Source: an uncultured Candidatus Saccharibacteria bacterium (lineage in GTDB: Bacteria; Patescibacteriota; Minisyncoccia; Phycocordibacterales; Zambryskibacteraceae). Taken from it: a stretch of 64,000 nt of DNA. How positions within the stretch are numbered: position 1 is the first letter of the stretch; every line of letters starts with the position of its first letter. A model generated the notes under the pieces. The model did not search any database. It was not told where the DNA came from and worked only from the letters and a program-made list of their open reading frames with translations. The translations under genes and the position numbers were made by a program. Below are positions 38,280 through 49,032 of this stretch, piece by piece. The stretch spans positions 887 through 64,886 of the forward strand of contig CAYHDI010000003.1 of NCBI GenBank assembly GCA_964355645.1, read 5' to 3'.

Positions 38280-40223
38280 TTAAACCAAAAGAAAATCAAG
38301 AGTTTTTCTTTCTGGGTCGCTGGCCATTAACTTCACCCGCACTTTGTCTCCCAAAGAATATTTCTTACCGGTTTTCTGACCAACCACAGCATAAATTTTC
38401 TGATTCAATTCATAAAAATCATCTGACATGTCGCGGAGTTTGACCATACCTTCGGCCTTGGTATTTACTTCTTCAACATAAATACCCCACTCCGAAACCC
38501 CGGAGACAATTGCGTCGAATTCCTCACCTATGTGGTCCTGCATATATTCAACTTGTTTGTATTTGATTGAGGCTCGTTCAGCATCTGCTGCCTCAACCTC
38601 TCGTTCACTTTCTTGGTCACACAAGTTTTGATATTTCAAAATTTCATCCTGATCAATTTTTCCTTTCTTCAAGAATCTTTCGAGCAGTCGATGCACCATC
38701 ACATCCGGATAGCGACGAATCGGGGAAGTGAAATGCGTATAAAAATCGAAAGCCAACCCGAAATGCCCGATGTTTGAAGTAGAATAAACAGCCTTAGACA
38801 TCGAGCGAATGGCCGCGGTCTTGATAAGCATTTCGGCGGGCGAACCCTCGACTGATTTGAGCATCTTGGAAATTTCTTCACCTGTTGTTTCTCCGTCTTT
38901 GTGTTTGAGCTCAAAGCCGAGGGCTTTCACAAATTGAGCTAGGTTAATAATTTTTTCTCTATCCGGCGCTTCATGGATTCTATAAACACCCGCGGCCCGA
39001 GTATTCAATTTGGTAGCCGAATCGAGAATTTTCGCCACCTCACGATTCGCGAGAAGCATATAGTCTTCAACAAGTTTGTGTGTGTCAAGGCGAGTCTTTT
39101 TGTAAACTCTGATTGGCTTGCCCAAATCATCAAGTTCGAACTTCACTTCTTCTGTCTCAAACTCTATGGCTCCGTTTTTGAATTTCTCTGCTCTAAGCTT
39201 ATAGGCAATATCATTCAAAGTTTGAAGCTCAGCATAGAATTCACCGGACTTCTTGTCGAGCGTTTCTTGTGCATTTTCATAAGTAAATCGTTTGTTCGAA
39301 TTTATGAGTGTCCGACCGAACCACCTGTCTTTCACCCCTCCGTTTTTATTTAAAACAAAAATAGAAGAGAAAGCATACTTGTCTTCCTTCGGATTAAGCG
39401 AACACAAATCGTTCGAAAGGATTTCTGGAAGCATCGGGATGGTTCGGTCAACCAGATAGATTGAAGTCCCTCTGTGTCTAGCCTCTGTGTCCAAAGCCGT
39501 GCCCGGGATTACAAAATGAGAAACATCAGCAATGTGAATACCTATTTCAAAATCTCCATCATCAAGTTTTTTGAAGGAAATCGCATCATCAAAATCCTTC
39601 GCATCTTCCGGATCAATAGTGAAGGTGACTCTATCGCGGAAGTCGCGTCGATCTTTAGGAGCAGATGTCCGCCGGCTGGCGGATTCATCTTTGTATCTCT
39701 TTTTGCATTCCTGGGCTTCGGCTTCTACGTCGGCAGGGAAGTCAACTTCGAATCCGCGTTCAATGATGATGCCGAGCATTTCAGCATTGTGTTCACCCTT
39801 GCGCCCGATAAGGCGAATGACTTCACCCGTTGGACCCTTGTCCACATCTGTCCATTCGGTAATCTTCACCTGAACCTTGTCGCCCTCCTTCCCACGCATA
39901 GCTTTCTCACTCGGTATGAAAATATCTTTGTACATTCGCTTGTCATCCGGAATTAAATAAAATCCTCCGCCAGCTGGTGGAAGCGATTTCTCAAGCATGC
40001 CTACGAAAGCAGTTTTCTTGCGTTCGATTATTTCTACAACTTCGGCCTGCTTGCGACCATAAACCTCTGTTCCCAATGGTTCGATGATAACCGTGTCTCC
40101 AGACAAGGCAGTCTTTATTCTTTCGGGCTGAATTTCAAAATCATCGTTCTCATCCTTAGGATTAGGAAAATAGCCGACCCCCTTGCCGGTTACTTTGATT
40201 GTGCCTGTCAGTTTTTCCTTCAT
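38280..40223 (-). CDS. rnr: Ribonuclease R (RNB family)
   Basis: TIDPEDAKDFDDA, HIADVS, HFGL, HFTSPIRRYPD, S1 domain. Confidence 0.95.
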   Translation of the reverse strand: MKEKLTGTIKVTGKGVGYFPNPKDENDDFEIQPERIKTALSGDTVIIEPLGTEVYGRKQAEVVEIIERKKTAFVGMLEKSLPPAGGGFYLIPDDKRMYKDIFIPSEKAMRGKEGDKVQVKITEWTDVDKGPTGEVIRLIGRKGEHNAEMLGIIIERGFEVDFPADVEAEAQECKKRYKDESASRRTSAPKDRRDFRDRVTFTIDPEDAKDFDDAISFKKLDDGDFEIGIHIADVSHFVIPGTALDTEARHRGTSIYLVDRTIPMLPEILSNDLCSLNPKEDKYAFSSIFVLNKNGGVKDRWFGRTLINSNKRFTYENAQETLDKKSGEFYAELQTLNDIAYKLRAEKFKNGAIEFETEEVKFELDDLGKPIRVYKKTRLDTHKLVEDYMLLANREVAKILDSATKLNTRAAGVYRIHEAPDREKIINLAQFVKALGFELKHKDGETTGEEISKMLKSVEGSPAEMLIKTAAIRSMSKAVYSTSNIGHFGLAFDFYTHFTSPIRRYPDVMVHRLLERFLKKGKIDQDEILKYQNLCDQESEREVEAADAERASIKYKQVEYMQDHIGEEFDAIVSGVSEWGIYVEEVNTKAEGMVKLRDMSDDFYELNQKIYAVVGQKTGKKYSLGDKVRVKLMASDPERKTLDFLLV

Positions 40224-40298
40224 TTTTATAACTATATCAATTTTCGCTCCAAAAAGCACCGTTTGACCAAATGTTTAATAATTGCTACTATATGACCC

Positions 40299-40724
40299 AT
40301 GCTAAAAATGAGACTTCAGAGAGTAGGACGCAAGCACGAACCAATCTTTCGTCTTGTTTTAACTGACTCCAAGAACTCGACTAAATCCGGACGATTCAAG
40401 GAAATCCTCGGCTCTTTCGACCCGCGCAAATCTGTCGATGCTTTCAAAGTTGACCGAGTGAAGCATTGGCTTTCGAAAGGCACAGCTATCACCGATACAG
40501 TTCACAATCTCTTCGTGACCCACAAAATTATTGATGCGAAGAAGAAAAATGTGCTTCCAAGAAAAACTCCTATAGTAAAAGAGTCAAAAGTCGAAAGTCC
40601 AAAAGTTGAAGAGGCTAAACCGGCAGAAGTTAAAGCAGAAGAACCAAAGGTTGAGATGAAAGAAGAAGCTCCTGCAGAAGCTCTAGTTGAAGAAACTCCA
40701 GCTGAAGAAGTGCCCACGAAGTAG
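40299..40724 (+). CDS. rpsP: 30S ribosomal protein S16 with acidic tail
   Basis: MLKMRLQRVGRK..P.FR. Confidence 0.95.
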   Translation: MLKMRLQRVGRKHEPIFRLVLTDSKNSTKSGRFKEILGSFDPRKSVDAFKVDRVKHWLSKGTAITDTVHNLFVTHKIIDAKKKNVLPRKTPIVKESKVESPKVEEAKPAEVKAEEPKVEMKEEAPAEALVEETPAEEVPTK

Positions 40725-40834
40725 AACGAAGTTCACTTCGGGGCTATCCAGAACCGATTTTTTTAATCTGGTTCTGGATGGTACAATAAGATTGTTCTCA
40801 GTAAGACGGTATTACTTCTTAATTCCGAAAGATT

Positions 40835-41179
40835 ATGATTGATGACACACAATTTCTTGAATTTGTAGTGAAGGCATTGGTTGAACATCCGAATGATGTG
40901 AAGATAAAAAGGACAGTAGATGAGATGGGCGTACTTATGACTCTCGATGTGCATCCTGATGATATGGGTAAGGTGATAGGCCGAGCAGGGAACACTGCGA
41001 AGGCGATTAGAATTCTCCTTCGTGTAGTAGGGATGAAAAATAATGCTCGAGTAAATCTGAAAATTGCCGAACCAGCCGGTGGTGCTCCCCGTGAATCTTA
41101 TGTTCGAAATACTCCAAGTCCAGTTCCTTCTGCTTCAAAAACTCTCGACGAAGCAATGGAGGATTTGAACCTAGAGTAG
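40835..41179 (+). CDS. khpA: KH-domain RNA-binding protein
   Basis: DMGKVIGRAGNTAKAIR; lies between rpsP and trmD. Confidence 0.9.
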   Translation: MIDDTQFLEFVVKALVEHPNDVKIKRTVDEMGVLMTLDVHPDDMGKVIGRAGNTAKAIRILLRVVGMKNNARVNLKIAEPAGGAPRESYVRNTPSPVPSASKTLDEAMEDLNLE

Positions 41180-41209
41180 ATAGTAAATAGTAGATAGTAA
41201 ACAGACGCA

Positions 41210-41884
41210 ATGCATTTTCATATCGTCACACTTTTCCCAAAGGCTTTTGATTCGTACCTAGGCGAATCGATTCTTAAACGTGCCATAGAAGATAAGAAGC
41301 TTAAAGTAAGTTTTTATAATCCGCGCGATTATGCCCCCACTTCGCCAAGGCTTCGAGGGGCAAGAGACAACAAAAGAATAGATAGACGCCCATTCGGTGG
41401 AGGTCCGGGGATGGTGATTCAAGCAGAACCCGTGATTAAGGCGATAGAGAAAGCCGTTGCGAAGTCTAAAAGTCAAAAGTCAAAAGTTAAAATAATTTTT
41501 CTCTCTCCTTCCGGTAAACAATTTACAAACGAATATGCAAAGAAAGTTTCCAAAAAATATAAACACATCATCATCATTTCCGGTCGCTATGAAGGAATTG
41601 ATGCGAGAGTGAAAAAAGTTTTTAGGATGGAAGACATTTCTGTTGGGCCATTCGTGCTCACTGGTGGGGAATTACCGGCCATGTTTATGATTGATGTGAT
41701 TGCTCGACAGGTTGAAGGTGTACTCGGAAACTTCGACTCGGTGGAAGAACGCCGTGTTTCTTCAAGTGAGGTTTATACTCGTCCAGAAAAATTTAAATAC
41801 AGAGGCAAGACCTATGGGGTACCAAAAATTCTTTTGTCTGGCCATCAAGCCAAGATTCAAGAATGGAAAAAGAAAAGAAAGTAG
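41210..41884 (+). CDS. trmD: tRNA (guanine37-N1)-methyltransferase
   Basis: RPFGGGPGMV, GRYEGID, SVGPFVLTGGE, YTRP. Confidence 0.96.
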   Translation: MHFHIVTLFPKAFDSYLGESILKRAIEDKKLKVSFYNPRDYAPTSPRLRGARDNKRIDRRPFGGGPGMVIQAEPVIKAIEKAVAKSKSQKSKVKIIFLSPSGKQFTNEYAKKVSKKYKHIIIISGRYEGIDARVKKVFRMEDISVGPFVLTGGELPAMFMIDVIARQVEGVLGNFDSVEERRVSSSEVYTRPEKFKYRGKTYGVPKILLSGHQAKIQEWKKKRK

Positions 41885-41904
41885 GGTCTTTTCTTTTCCC
41901 CATC

Positions 41905-41948
41905 TTATCCACATTTGCCTTGACACAAAATCACTCTAGATATATACT
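41905..41948 (+). promoter_or_regulatory. Sigma70 promoter of rpoB with adjacent DnaA box
   Basis: TTATCCACA 41905-41913; TTGACA 41920-41925, 17-nt spacer, TATACT 41943-41948. Confidence 0.8.
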
Positions 41949-42122
41949 ACGCGATAACTTCGAACCGATTGTGTTATGACTGACACGAAGCGAAAAAGGC
42001 CTCTAATAGGGCTTAACAAGGCGATTTGTTAAACGTTTTCGTTTCTTTTATAAAAGTTTCTCTAAAGACGAGCAAAGCCCCGGAGCGAGCGTTGCTTGAA
42101 TTTTCTATCACACAATCATTAA

Positions 42123-45100
42123 ATGGATACTCAAAAAGTGAAGCCTAAACTCGGCACCACAGGCGCTCGAGAGAAAAAGTATTTCGGCAAATTTCGCACA
42201 CCTCTGACCGAAATGCCGAATCTGGTTGTTTCTCAAGTTGAATCGTTCAAATGGCTCATAGAGAAAGGCTTAAAGGAAGTTTTCGAAGAATTCTCATCAA
42301 TCAAAGATTTTTCTGAAAGGAAATTCCAATTGGATTTCATCGGTTTTGAATTGGCCGAGCCAAAATTCAATGAATACGAGGCCAAGGACAATAAACTTTC
42401 ATACGAAGCTCCGCTCAAAGTTCGTCTTCGATTGAAGAACCTGGTCATGAAGACTGAGAAGGAGCAGGAAATATTCATGGCAGATTTCCCGCTCATGACT
42501 TCGCACGGGACATTTATTATTTCAGGAATTGAACGTGTGGTCGTTCCTCAACTTGCGCGCTCTTTCGGAGTTTTCTTCACTTCTCAAGAATTGAAAGGTC
42601 GAACCACTTTCGGAGCGAAAATTATTCCTGCTCGCGGAGCTTGGATTGAATTTGAAACTGACCTTGATGGGACAATGTATGTTCGCATTGATCGCAAGAG
42701 AAAATTCCCAGTCTCTGTTCTTTTCAGAGCCTTCGGTGCTTCAACCAACGACAAGATTCTCGCCCTTTTTGCAGACAAACCTGAAGCCAAGCATTTCATC
42801 GAGAAAACTTTGGCCAAGGATCATACCGTGACTCAAGATGATGCAGCCATAGAAATTCATAAGCGTCTTCGCGACGGAGATTTGGCCTCAGCAGATAATG
42901 CACGCGAATTTGTTCGCTCAATCTTCGGCTCAGAAAGATACGATATTCACAAAGTTGGTCGCTACGCCTTTATCCGACGTTTCGGTCTTAAGGAAACACC
43001 TAAGGAAATCGAACGTAGAACTCTTTCGACTGATGATTTGGTCATCATTGTTTCTCATATTGCCCATTTGAATTCCACACAAGGTTCAACCTCTGATGAC
43101 ATTGACCACCTCGGCAGTCGACGCGTTCGATATGTTGGAGAACTTTTCCAGCAAAAGATTCGTGTAGGTATGGCTCAAATCAAACGAAATATTCAGAACC
43201 GTATGTCTACGATTGATACTGATGTGACCCTACCTGTTCAATTTATTTCTCCGAAACCGCTCCAAGCTCGAATGAAAGAATTCTTCACCACGAACCAACT
43301 TTCTCAATTCATGCAGCAAACCAACGCGCTTGAAGAACTTGAACACTTGCGAACACTTTCTGCTCTTGGACCCGGAGGATTAAACCGTGCTCGCGCTGGC
43401 TACGAAGTACGCGACGTTCATCCTTCTCACTACGGTCGGCTTTGTCCAATTCAAACTCCGGAAGGTCCGAACATTGGACTTATTCTTCGCTTAGCCTCAT
43501 ACGCCCGAGTGAACAGTTTCGGTATGATTGAAACTCCATATGCAGTCGTGAGCAAAGGCAAAATTACCGGCGAAATAAAGTTTCTTAATGCGCTCGAAGA
43601 AGAGCAATATAATATTGCGCATGCCGCCACCCTGGTGACCGATGATTCCATTGTTCCGGAAATTGTCGAAGTTAGATCCAAAGGCACACCAACAACCGTT
43701 CATCGAGAACAAGTTAATTTCATTGATGTGGCCACGAATCAAGCCTTCTCAATTGTCACCTCCATGATTCCTTTCCTGAATCACAACAACGCCAGCCGTG
43801 CTCTCATGGGTTCGAACATGCAGAAACAAGGCACGCCCTGTATTATTCCTGAAGCACCGCTTGTGGCTACAGGAGTTGAAGGGAAAGCTATCCGAGATAC
43901 AGGTCGGCTTATTTTGTCAGATGTTGACGGAACGGTTTCTTATGTTGATGGCAAGAAAATAAAAGTGAAAACCAGCGCGGGCAAAGAACACGAATACAAA
44001 CTCGTGAACTTCTCAATGACTAACACCTTTACTGTCTTTCATCAACGCCCATCAATCGAGCTTGGACAGAAAGTGAAAAAGGGTGATGTCCTGGCTGACA
44101 CCTCTTCATCAGAACATGGGCAAATGGCTCTCGGACAAAACATCCTCGTAGCCTTCATGTCATGGTCTGGGGCAAACTACGAAGATGCTATCATTCTTTC
44201 TGAAAGATTAGTGAAAAATAGTAAATTCACTTCAATCCACATTGAAGATTTCACAGTGAGTGTTCGCGAAACCAAACTTGGACCCGAAGTGATAACTTGT
44301 GATATTCCAAACGTCGGAGAAGGCAAACTAAAAAACTTGGCCGAAGATGGGATCATTCGTGTTGGCGCAGAAGTTAGACCTGGTGATATTTTGGTTGGGA
44401 AAATTACTCCCAAAGGTGAATCGCAACTTACTCCAGAGGAAAGATTGCTTCGTTCGCTTTTCGGTGAGAAGGCTCGCGATGTGAAGGACACATCCAAACG
44501 CATGGAAGGAGGAAAGCGCGGACGAGTAATTTCTGTTCAAATCTTTTCTCGTGAGAAGGGAGACAAACTCGATTCTGGAATTCTCAAACAAATTCATGTT
44601 CAGGTGGCTGAACTTCGAAATGTGAGTGTAGGAGACAAATTGGCTGGTCGACACGGGAACAAAGGAGTTATCTCGAAAATTCTACCAGTTGAAGAAATGC
44701 CTTATATGGAAGACGGAACTCCCATCGATATTATTCTCACTCCGCTCGGTGTGCCTAGCCGTATGAACCTCGGGCAGATTCTTGAAATGCATCTTGGACT
44801 GGCTGCCCATACCTTAAATTATCAAGCCATCGTCCCTCCCTTCGCCGGAGCGACAGAAGAAGAAATCAGAAATGAATTAGAAAAATCAGGATTCAACAAA
44901 AACGGCAAAGTAAAACTTTTTGATGGACGAACAGGTGAGTCGGTCGAACAAGATGTGGCCATTGGTTATATGTACATCTTGAAACTTCACCACATGGTTG
45001 AGGACAAAATCCACATGCGTTCTATTGGACCGTACTCTCTCATCACTCAACAGCCACTCGGCGGGAAGGCTCAAAACGGAGGCCAGAGATTTGGAGAAAT

Positions 45101-45368
45101 GGAAGTATGGGCCCTTCTTGGCCACGGGGCAGGACATACTCTACGCGAAATGTTGACTATCAAATCAGATGATATTCTCGGTCGTGCCGCTACATTTGAT
45201 GCCATAGTGAAAGGTGAAAAGATTGGTGAACCTGGCACCCCAGCTTCGTTCAATGTTCTCTTGAATAATCTTCGAGGGTTGGCACTTGATCTTGAACTCA
45301 AGAGCAAAGGTCCGAAATTAAGACCCGAATCCAAATCGGATATTACCAGTGGTGCTCATAATTCATAA
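42123..45368 (+). CDS. rpoB: RNA polymerase beta subunit
   Basis: RLCPIQTPEGPNIG, GDKLAGRHGNKG, GQRFGEME. Confidence 0.98.
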   Translation: MDTQKVKPKLGTTGAREKKYFGKFRTPLTEMPNLVVSQVESFKWLIEKGLKEVFEEFSSIKDFSERKFQLDFIGFELAEPKFNEYEAKDNKLSYEAPLKVRLRLKNLVMKTEKEQEIFMADFPLMTSHGTFIISGIERVVVPQLARSFGVFFTSQELKGRTTFGAKIIPARGAWIEFETDLDGTMYVRIDRKRKFPVSVLFRAFGASTNDKILALFADKPEAKHFIEKTLAKDHTVTQDDAAIEIHKRLRDGDLASADNAREFVRSIFGSERYDIHKVGRYAFIRRFGLKETPKEIERRTLSTDDLVIIVSHIAHLNSTQGSTSDDIDHLGSRRVRYVGELFQQKIRVGMAQIKRNIQNRMSTIDTDVTLPVQFISPKPLQARMKEFFTTNQLSQFMQQTNALEELEHLRTLSALGPGGLNRARAGYEVRDVHPSHYGRLCPIQTPEGPNIGLILRLASYARVNSFGMIETPYAVVSKGKITGEIKFLNALEEEQYNIAHAATLVTDDSIVPEIVEVRSKGTPTTVHREQVNFIDVATNQAFSIVTSMIPFLNHNNASRALMGSNMQKQGTPCIIPEAPLVATGVEGKAIRDTGRLILSDVDGTVSYVDGKKIKVKTSAGKEHEYKLVNFSMTNTFTVFHQRPSIELGQKVKKGDVLADTSSSEHGQMALGQNILVAFMSWSGANYEDAIILSERLVKNSKFTSIHIEDFTVSVRETKLGPEVITCDIPNVGEGKLKNLAEDGIIRVGAEVRPGDILVGKITPKGESQLTPEERLLRSLFGEKARDVKDTSKRMEGGKRGRVISVQIFSREKGDKLDSGILKQIHVQVAELRNVSVGDKLAGRHGNKGVISKILPVEEMPYMEDGTPIDIILTPLGVPSRMNLGQILEMHLGLAAHTLNYQAIVPPFAGATEEEIRNELEKSGFNKNGKVKLFDGRTGESVEQDVAIGYMYILKLHHMVEDKIHMRSIGPYSLITQQPLGGKAQNGGQRFGEMEVWALLGHGAGHTLREMLTIKSDDILGRAATFDAIVKGEKIGEPGTPASFNVLLNNLRGLALDLELKSKGPKLRPESKSDITSGAHNS

Positions 45369-45372
45369 TTCC

Positions 45373-48300
45373 ATGTCTATCACACCACGAAACAAAAACA
45401 TAGATACCACAAACTTCGATAGCATTGTCATCAAGCTGGCCTCACCTGAACGAATCAAAGAATGGTCGTATGGAGAAGTGACCAAACCGGAAACCATTAA
45501 CTACAGAACCCAACGTAGCGAGAGAAACGGTCTATTCGACGAAAAGATTTTCGGACCGGATAGAGACTTCGAATGTTACTGCGGGAAATACAGAGGTATT
45601 CGCTACAAAGGAATTGTTTGTGAAAAATGTGGAGTCGAGATTACCCGGTCCATTGTTCGTCGAGAAAGGATGGGCCACATTGAACTTGCTTCACCCGTTG
45701 CTCACATCTGGTTTTTGAAGAATGTGCCGTCACGCATCTCACTTATCATGGGTATTCCAGTGGCCGATTTGGAAAAAGTAATTTACTTCGCAGGATATAT
45801 TGTCACCTCTGTTTCTGAAACAGAGAAAGCCAGAGTCTTAAAAGATTTGGATTCAGAATTTAAAGCGAAAATTAAGGGTCTGCAAGACGACAAGAGCAAA
45901 GAAGCTTTGAAGGAATTGGCTCTGGCTACCAAGAAAGATATTGAATCGATTGCTCTAGGTCGAGTGCTTGATGAGGTCGAATATCATCGATTTAGTTCAA
46001 AATATTCAACTGTTTTTGAAGCAGAAATCGGAGCAGAAGCCATCTACAACATTTTGAAAAAGATTGATTTGATTAAGCTTCAAAAAGAATTGGAAATCAT
46101 GCTGGAAACGGCTCCTTCAACGGAGATTGCCAGGATAAACAAACGCATCAGTACTCTTCAATGGATGAGATTGGCCAATATTCGACCAGAATGGATGTTT
46201 CTCACTCGTATTCCAGTCATTCCTCCTGCCATTCGTCCGATGGTTCCGCTTGATGGAGGTAGATATGCCACTTCGGACGTGAACGATTTGTATCGCCGAG
46301 TAATCAATAGAAATAATCGTCTAAAAAAATTAAAGGAAATTTTTGCACCCGATGTTATCCTTAGAAATGAGAAGAGAATTCTTCAAGAAGCAGTCGATGC
46401 CCTGATTGATAATACCATCAGACATGGACAAGCCTCTGGGAATCAATCTCAACGCCGTCCTCTTAAATCACTCTCAGACAACCTCAAGGGCAAACGAGGA
46501 CTCTTCAGACAAAACCTGTTGGGCAAACGAGTAGATTACTCCGGTCGCTCGGTGATTGTGGTTGGTCCTGAATTGAAACTTCATCAATGTGGTTTGCCGA
46601 AACACATGGCTCTCGAATTGTTCAAACCGTTCATCATCTCTGAACTTTTGAAGAGGGAATTAACGTACAACATCCCTGGAGCTCGAAGACTGATTGAGGA
46701 TGCTATTCCGGAAGTTTGGGCCATTCTCGAAAACATTATTAAAGACAAATACGTTCTCTTAAACCGTGCACCGACTCTTCACCGACTTGGTATTCAGGCT
46801 TTTCAGCCGATTCTAATTGAAGGTAATGCTATCCAACTTCACCCTCTCGTGTGTACGGCTTTCAACGCTGACTTCGATGGAGATCAGATGGCCGTTCACG
46901 TTCCATTATCAGACGCTGCTCAAGCTGAGGCACGATTAATCATGGCCGCAGACAAAAACATTTTGAAGCCAGGCAACGGAAGCCTCGTTCTCTCAATCGA
47001 TAAACTTGATTTGGTCCTTGGAAGTTATTGGGCCACCAGTATTGTGGCTGGAGAAAAAGGCGAGGGGAAATACTTCTCGAGTCCAAATAGAGCCATTCTT
47101 CTGAGTGATTTTGATGCTCTGAGTCACAGAGCCAAGATTAAGGTTTTGCCCACGGATTCTCCCAAGTACAAAGGTTTTGAAGGAAAAGTATTCGAAACTT
47201 CTGTGGGACGTCTTCTATTCAACACGGTTCTTCCAGACGATTATCCATTCCAGAACTATGAAGTAAACAACAAAAAAATGGGCAGTTTGATCGATGATTT
47301 GATTGAACACTACGGTCTTGAAAGTATTCCACCAATCATTGATCGAATTAAAACATTTGGGTTCAAGTTTGCCACACGTTCAGGAACGACTTGGAGCTTG
47401 ACCGATGTGAAGATTCCTGAACAGAAACAGGGATTAATCCAAGCTGGTCGAGACAATGTTTTGAAAATCATTGATCAATACAATGATGGTCTTCTCTCGG
47501 AACATGAACGAATACAAAAATCTGTTGAAACATGGCAGGCGGTTAAGGGAGAAGTAGAATCACTCATTCCTTCTACTTTGAAAGAAAAAGAATCCGTTCA
47601 CGATCTCATTCACTCAGGAGCTCGAGGCTCACTCGGTCAGATTAATCAGATGGCCGGGATGATTGGTATTATTCAAAATGTCGCCGGTGAGTCTCTGGAA
47701 TTCCCAATCCTATCTTGCTACAAGGAAGGTTTGACTCCACTTGAATACTTCATTACTACCCACGGTTCACGCAAAGGTCTCACAGACACAGCTCTCAACA
47801 CAGCCAAAGCCGGATATCTCACTCGTCGATTGTTTGATGTGGCTCAAGACGAAATCATTAGTGAAGAAGATTGTGGAACCAAAGAAAGCACCACTATCAG
47901 CAAGAAAACCGCATCAGGTATTGAAATTCCTCTCTTTAAGACAATCAAAGGTAGATATTTGGCTAAGGATGTAGTCGACTCAAAAAATGAAGTTTTGTTC
48001 AAAAAAGGTCACTTCATTACGAAAGCTGATGCTATGACCATCGAATCCTCAAACATCGAAAGTGTTGAAGTTCGTTCTCCAATGACTTGCAAATCACTTA
48101 GTGGGGTTTGCGTGAAATGCTATGGTTCAGATTTGGGTACAAACAAAGTGATTGAACTTGGTGAGGCGGTTGGGACAGTCGCCGCTCAAGCCATCGGTGA
48201 ACCGGGAACCCAGCTTACTATGCGTACATTCCATGCCGGAGGAGTGGCTTCACAAGGTGGAGACATCACCGCCGGTTTGCCGAGAGTTGAGGAAATTTTC

Positions 48301-49032
48301 GAAAAGCGCAAACCGAAGGCTCCGGCTTCAATCTCACACCTCAATGGTTTAGTAAGTGAAATTAAAGTTGATGGTTCAGACAGAACAATCGTCATTACTC
48401 CTGAATTAGGAGAGGCCAAAGCCAAAAAACTCGACAACGAATATTTGGTTGGTTCGAACAGAAGCATCTTGGTGGACGTTGGTACGAAAGTTAATAAAGG
48501 AGATTTTCTCACAGACGGTTCGGCGGATCTTGATGAACTTTTCCGCTACGCAGGTCGAGAAAAAACGGAAAACTACATCATTCATGAAGTTTCTAAACTT
48601 TATGAACTTCAAGGGGCTGCGGTTTCTCACAAACACATTGAACTCATTATTCGACAAATGTTCTCAAGACGCAAGATAAAGGAAGCCGGAGATACCATGT
48701 TTACTCGAGGTGATATCGTAGAAGTTTCAGATTTCATGGAAACAAATGAAAGGATGAAAGTGGATGGTAAGGAAGAAGCCAAGGCTGATCCAGTTATCAT
48801 GGGCATTTCTGAAGTTTCTCTCTCTCGAGCCTCATTCCTCTCAGCTGCTTCATTCCAACATACTCCACGGGTGCTTATTCAAGCAGCCATTCGTGGGGCA
48901 GAAGATGAACTTATTGGGCTCAAGGAAAATGTTATCATCGGACGCATGATACCGGCGGGCACTGGTTTCAAAGGCGGGTATAAAGAAAAACTTATATGCG
49001 AGGCACAGTCGATTCAATCAAAGAACGGCTAG
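45373..49032 (+). CDS. rpoC: RNA polymerase beta' subunit
   Basis: [40 protein letters not shown]. Confidence 0.98.
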   Translation: MSITPRNKNIDTTNFDSIVIKLASPERIKEWSYGEVTKPETINYRTQRSERNGLFDEKIFGPDRDFECYCGKYRGIRYKGIVCEKCGVEITRSIVRRERMGHIELASPVAHIWFLKNVPSRISLIMGIPVADLEKVIYFAGYIVTSVSETEKARVLKDLDSEFKAKIKGLQDDKSKEALKELALATKKDIESIALGRVLDEVEYHRFSSKYSTVFEAEIGAEAIYNILKKIDLIKLQKELEIMLETAPSTEIARINKRISTLQWMRLANIRPEWMFLTRIPVIPPAIRPMVPLDGGRYATSDVNDLYRRVINRNNRLKKLKEIFAPDVILRNEKRILQEAVDALIDNTIRHGQASGNQSQRRPLKSLSDNLKGKRGLFRQNLLGKRVDYSGRSVIVVGPELKLHQCGLPKHMALELFKPFIISELLKRELTYNIPGARRLIEDAIPEVWAILENIIKDKYVLLNRAPTLHRLGIQAFQPILIEGNAIQLHPLVCTAFNADFDGDQMAVHVPLSDAAQAEARLIMAADKNILKPGNGSLVLSIDKLDLVLGSYWATSIVAGEKGEGKYFSSPNRAILLSDFDALSHRAKIKVLPTDSPKYKGFEGKVFETSVGRLLFNTVLPDDYPFQNYEVNNKKMGSLIDDLIEHYGLESIPPIIDRIKTFGFKFATRSGTTWSLTDVKIPEQKQGLIQAGRDNVLKIIDQYNDGLLSEHERIQKSVETWQAVKGEVESLIPSTLKEKESVHDLIHSGARGSLGQINQMAGMIGIIQNVAGESLEFPILSCYKEGLTPLEYFITTHGSRKGLTDTALNTAKAGYLTRRLFDVAQDEIISEEDCGTKESTTISKKTASGIEIPLFKTIKGRYLAKDVVDSKNEVLFKKGHFITKADAMTIESSNIESVEVRSPMTCKSLSGVCVKCYGSDLGTNKVIELGEAVGTVAAQAIGEPGTQLTMRTFHAGGVASQGGDITAGLPRVEEIFEKRKPKAPASISHLNGLVSEIKVDGSDRTIVITPELGEAKAKKLDNEYLVGSNRSILVDVGTKVNKGDFLTDGSADLDELFRYAGREKTENYIIHEVSKLYELQGAAVSHKHIELIIRQMFSRRKIKEAGDTMFTRGDIVEVSDFMETNERMKVDGKEEAKADPVIMGISEVSLSRASFLSAASFQHTPRVLIQAAIRGAEDELIGLKENVIIGRMIPAGTGFKGGYKEKLICEAQSIQSKNG

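Noticed and set aside
45355-45372. tcataat x2 at the rpoB/rpoC junction as a heptamer array
   Set aside because: Only two units in AT-rich DNA; could be chance.
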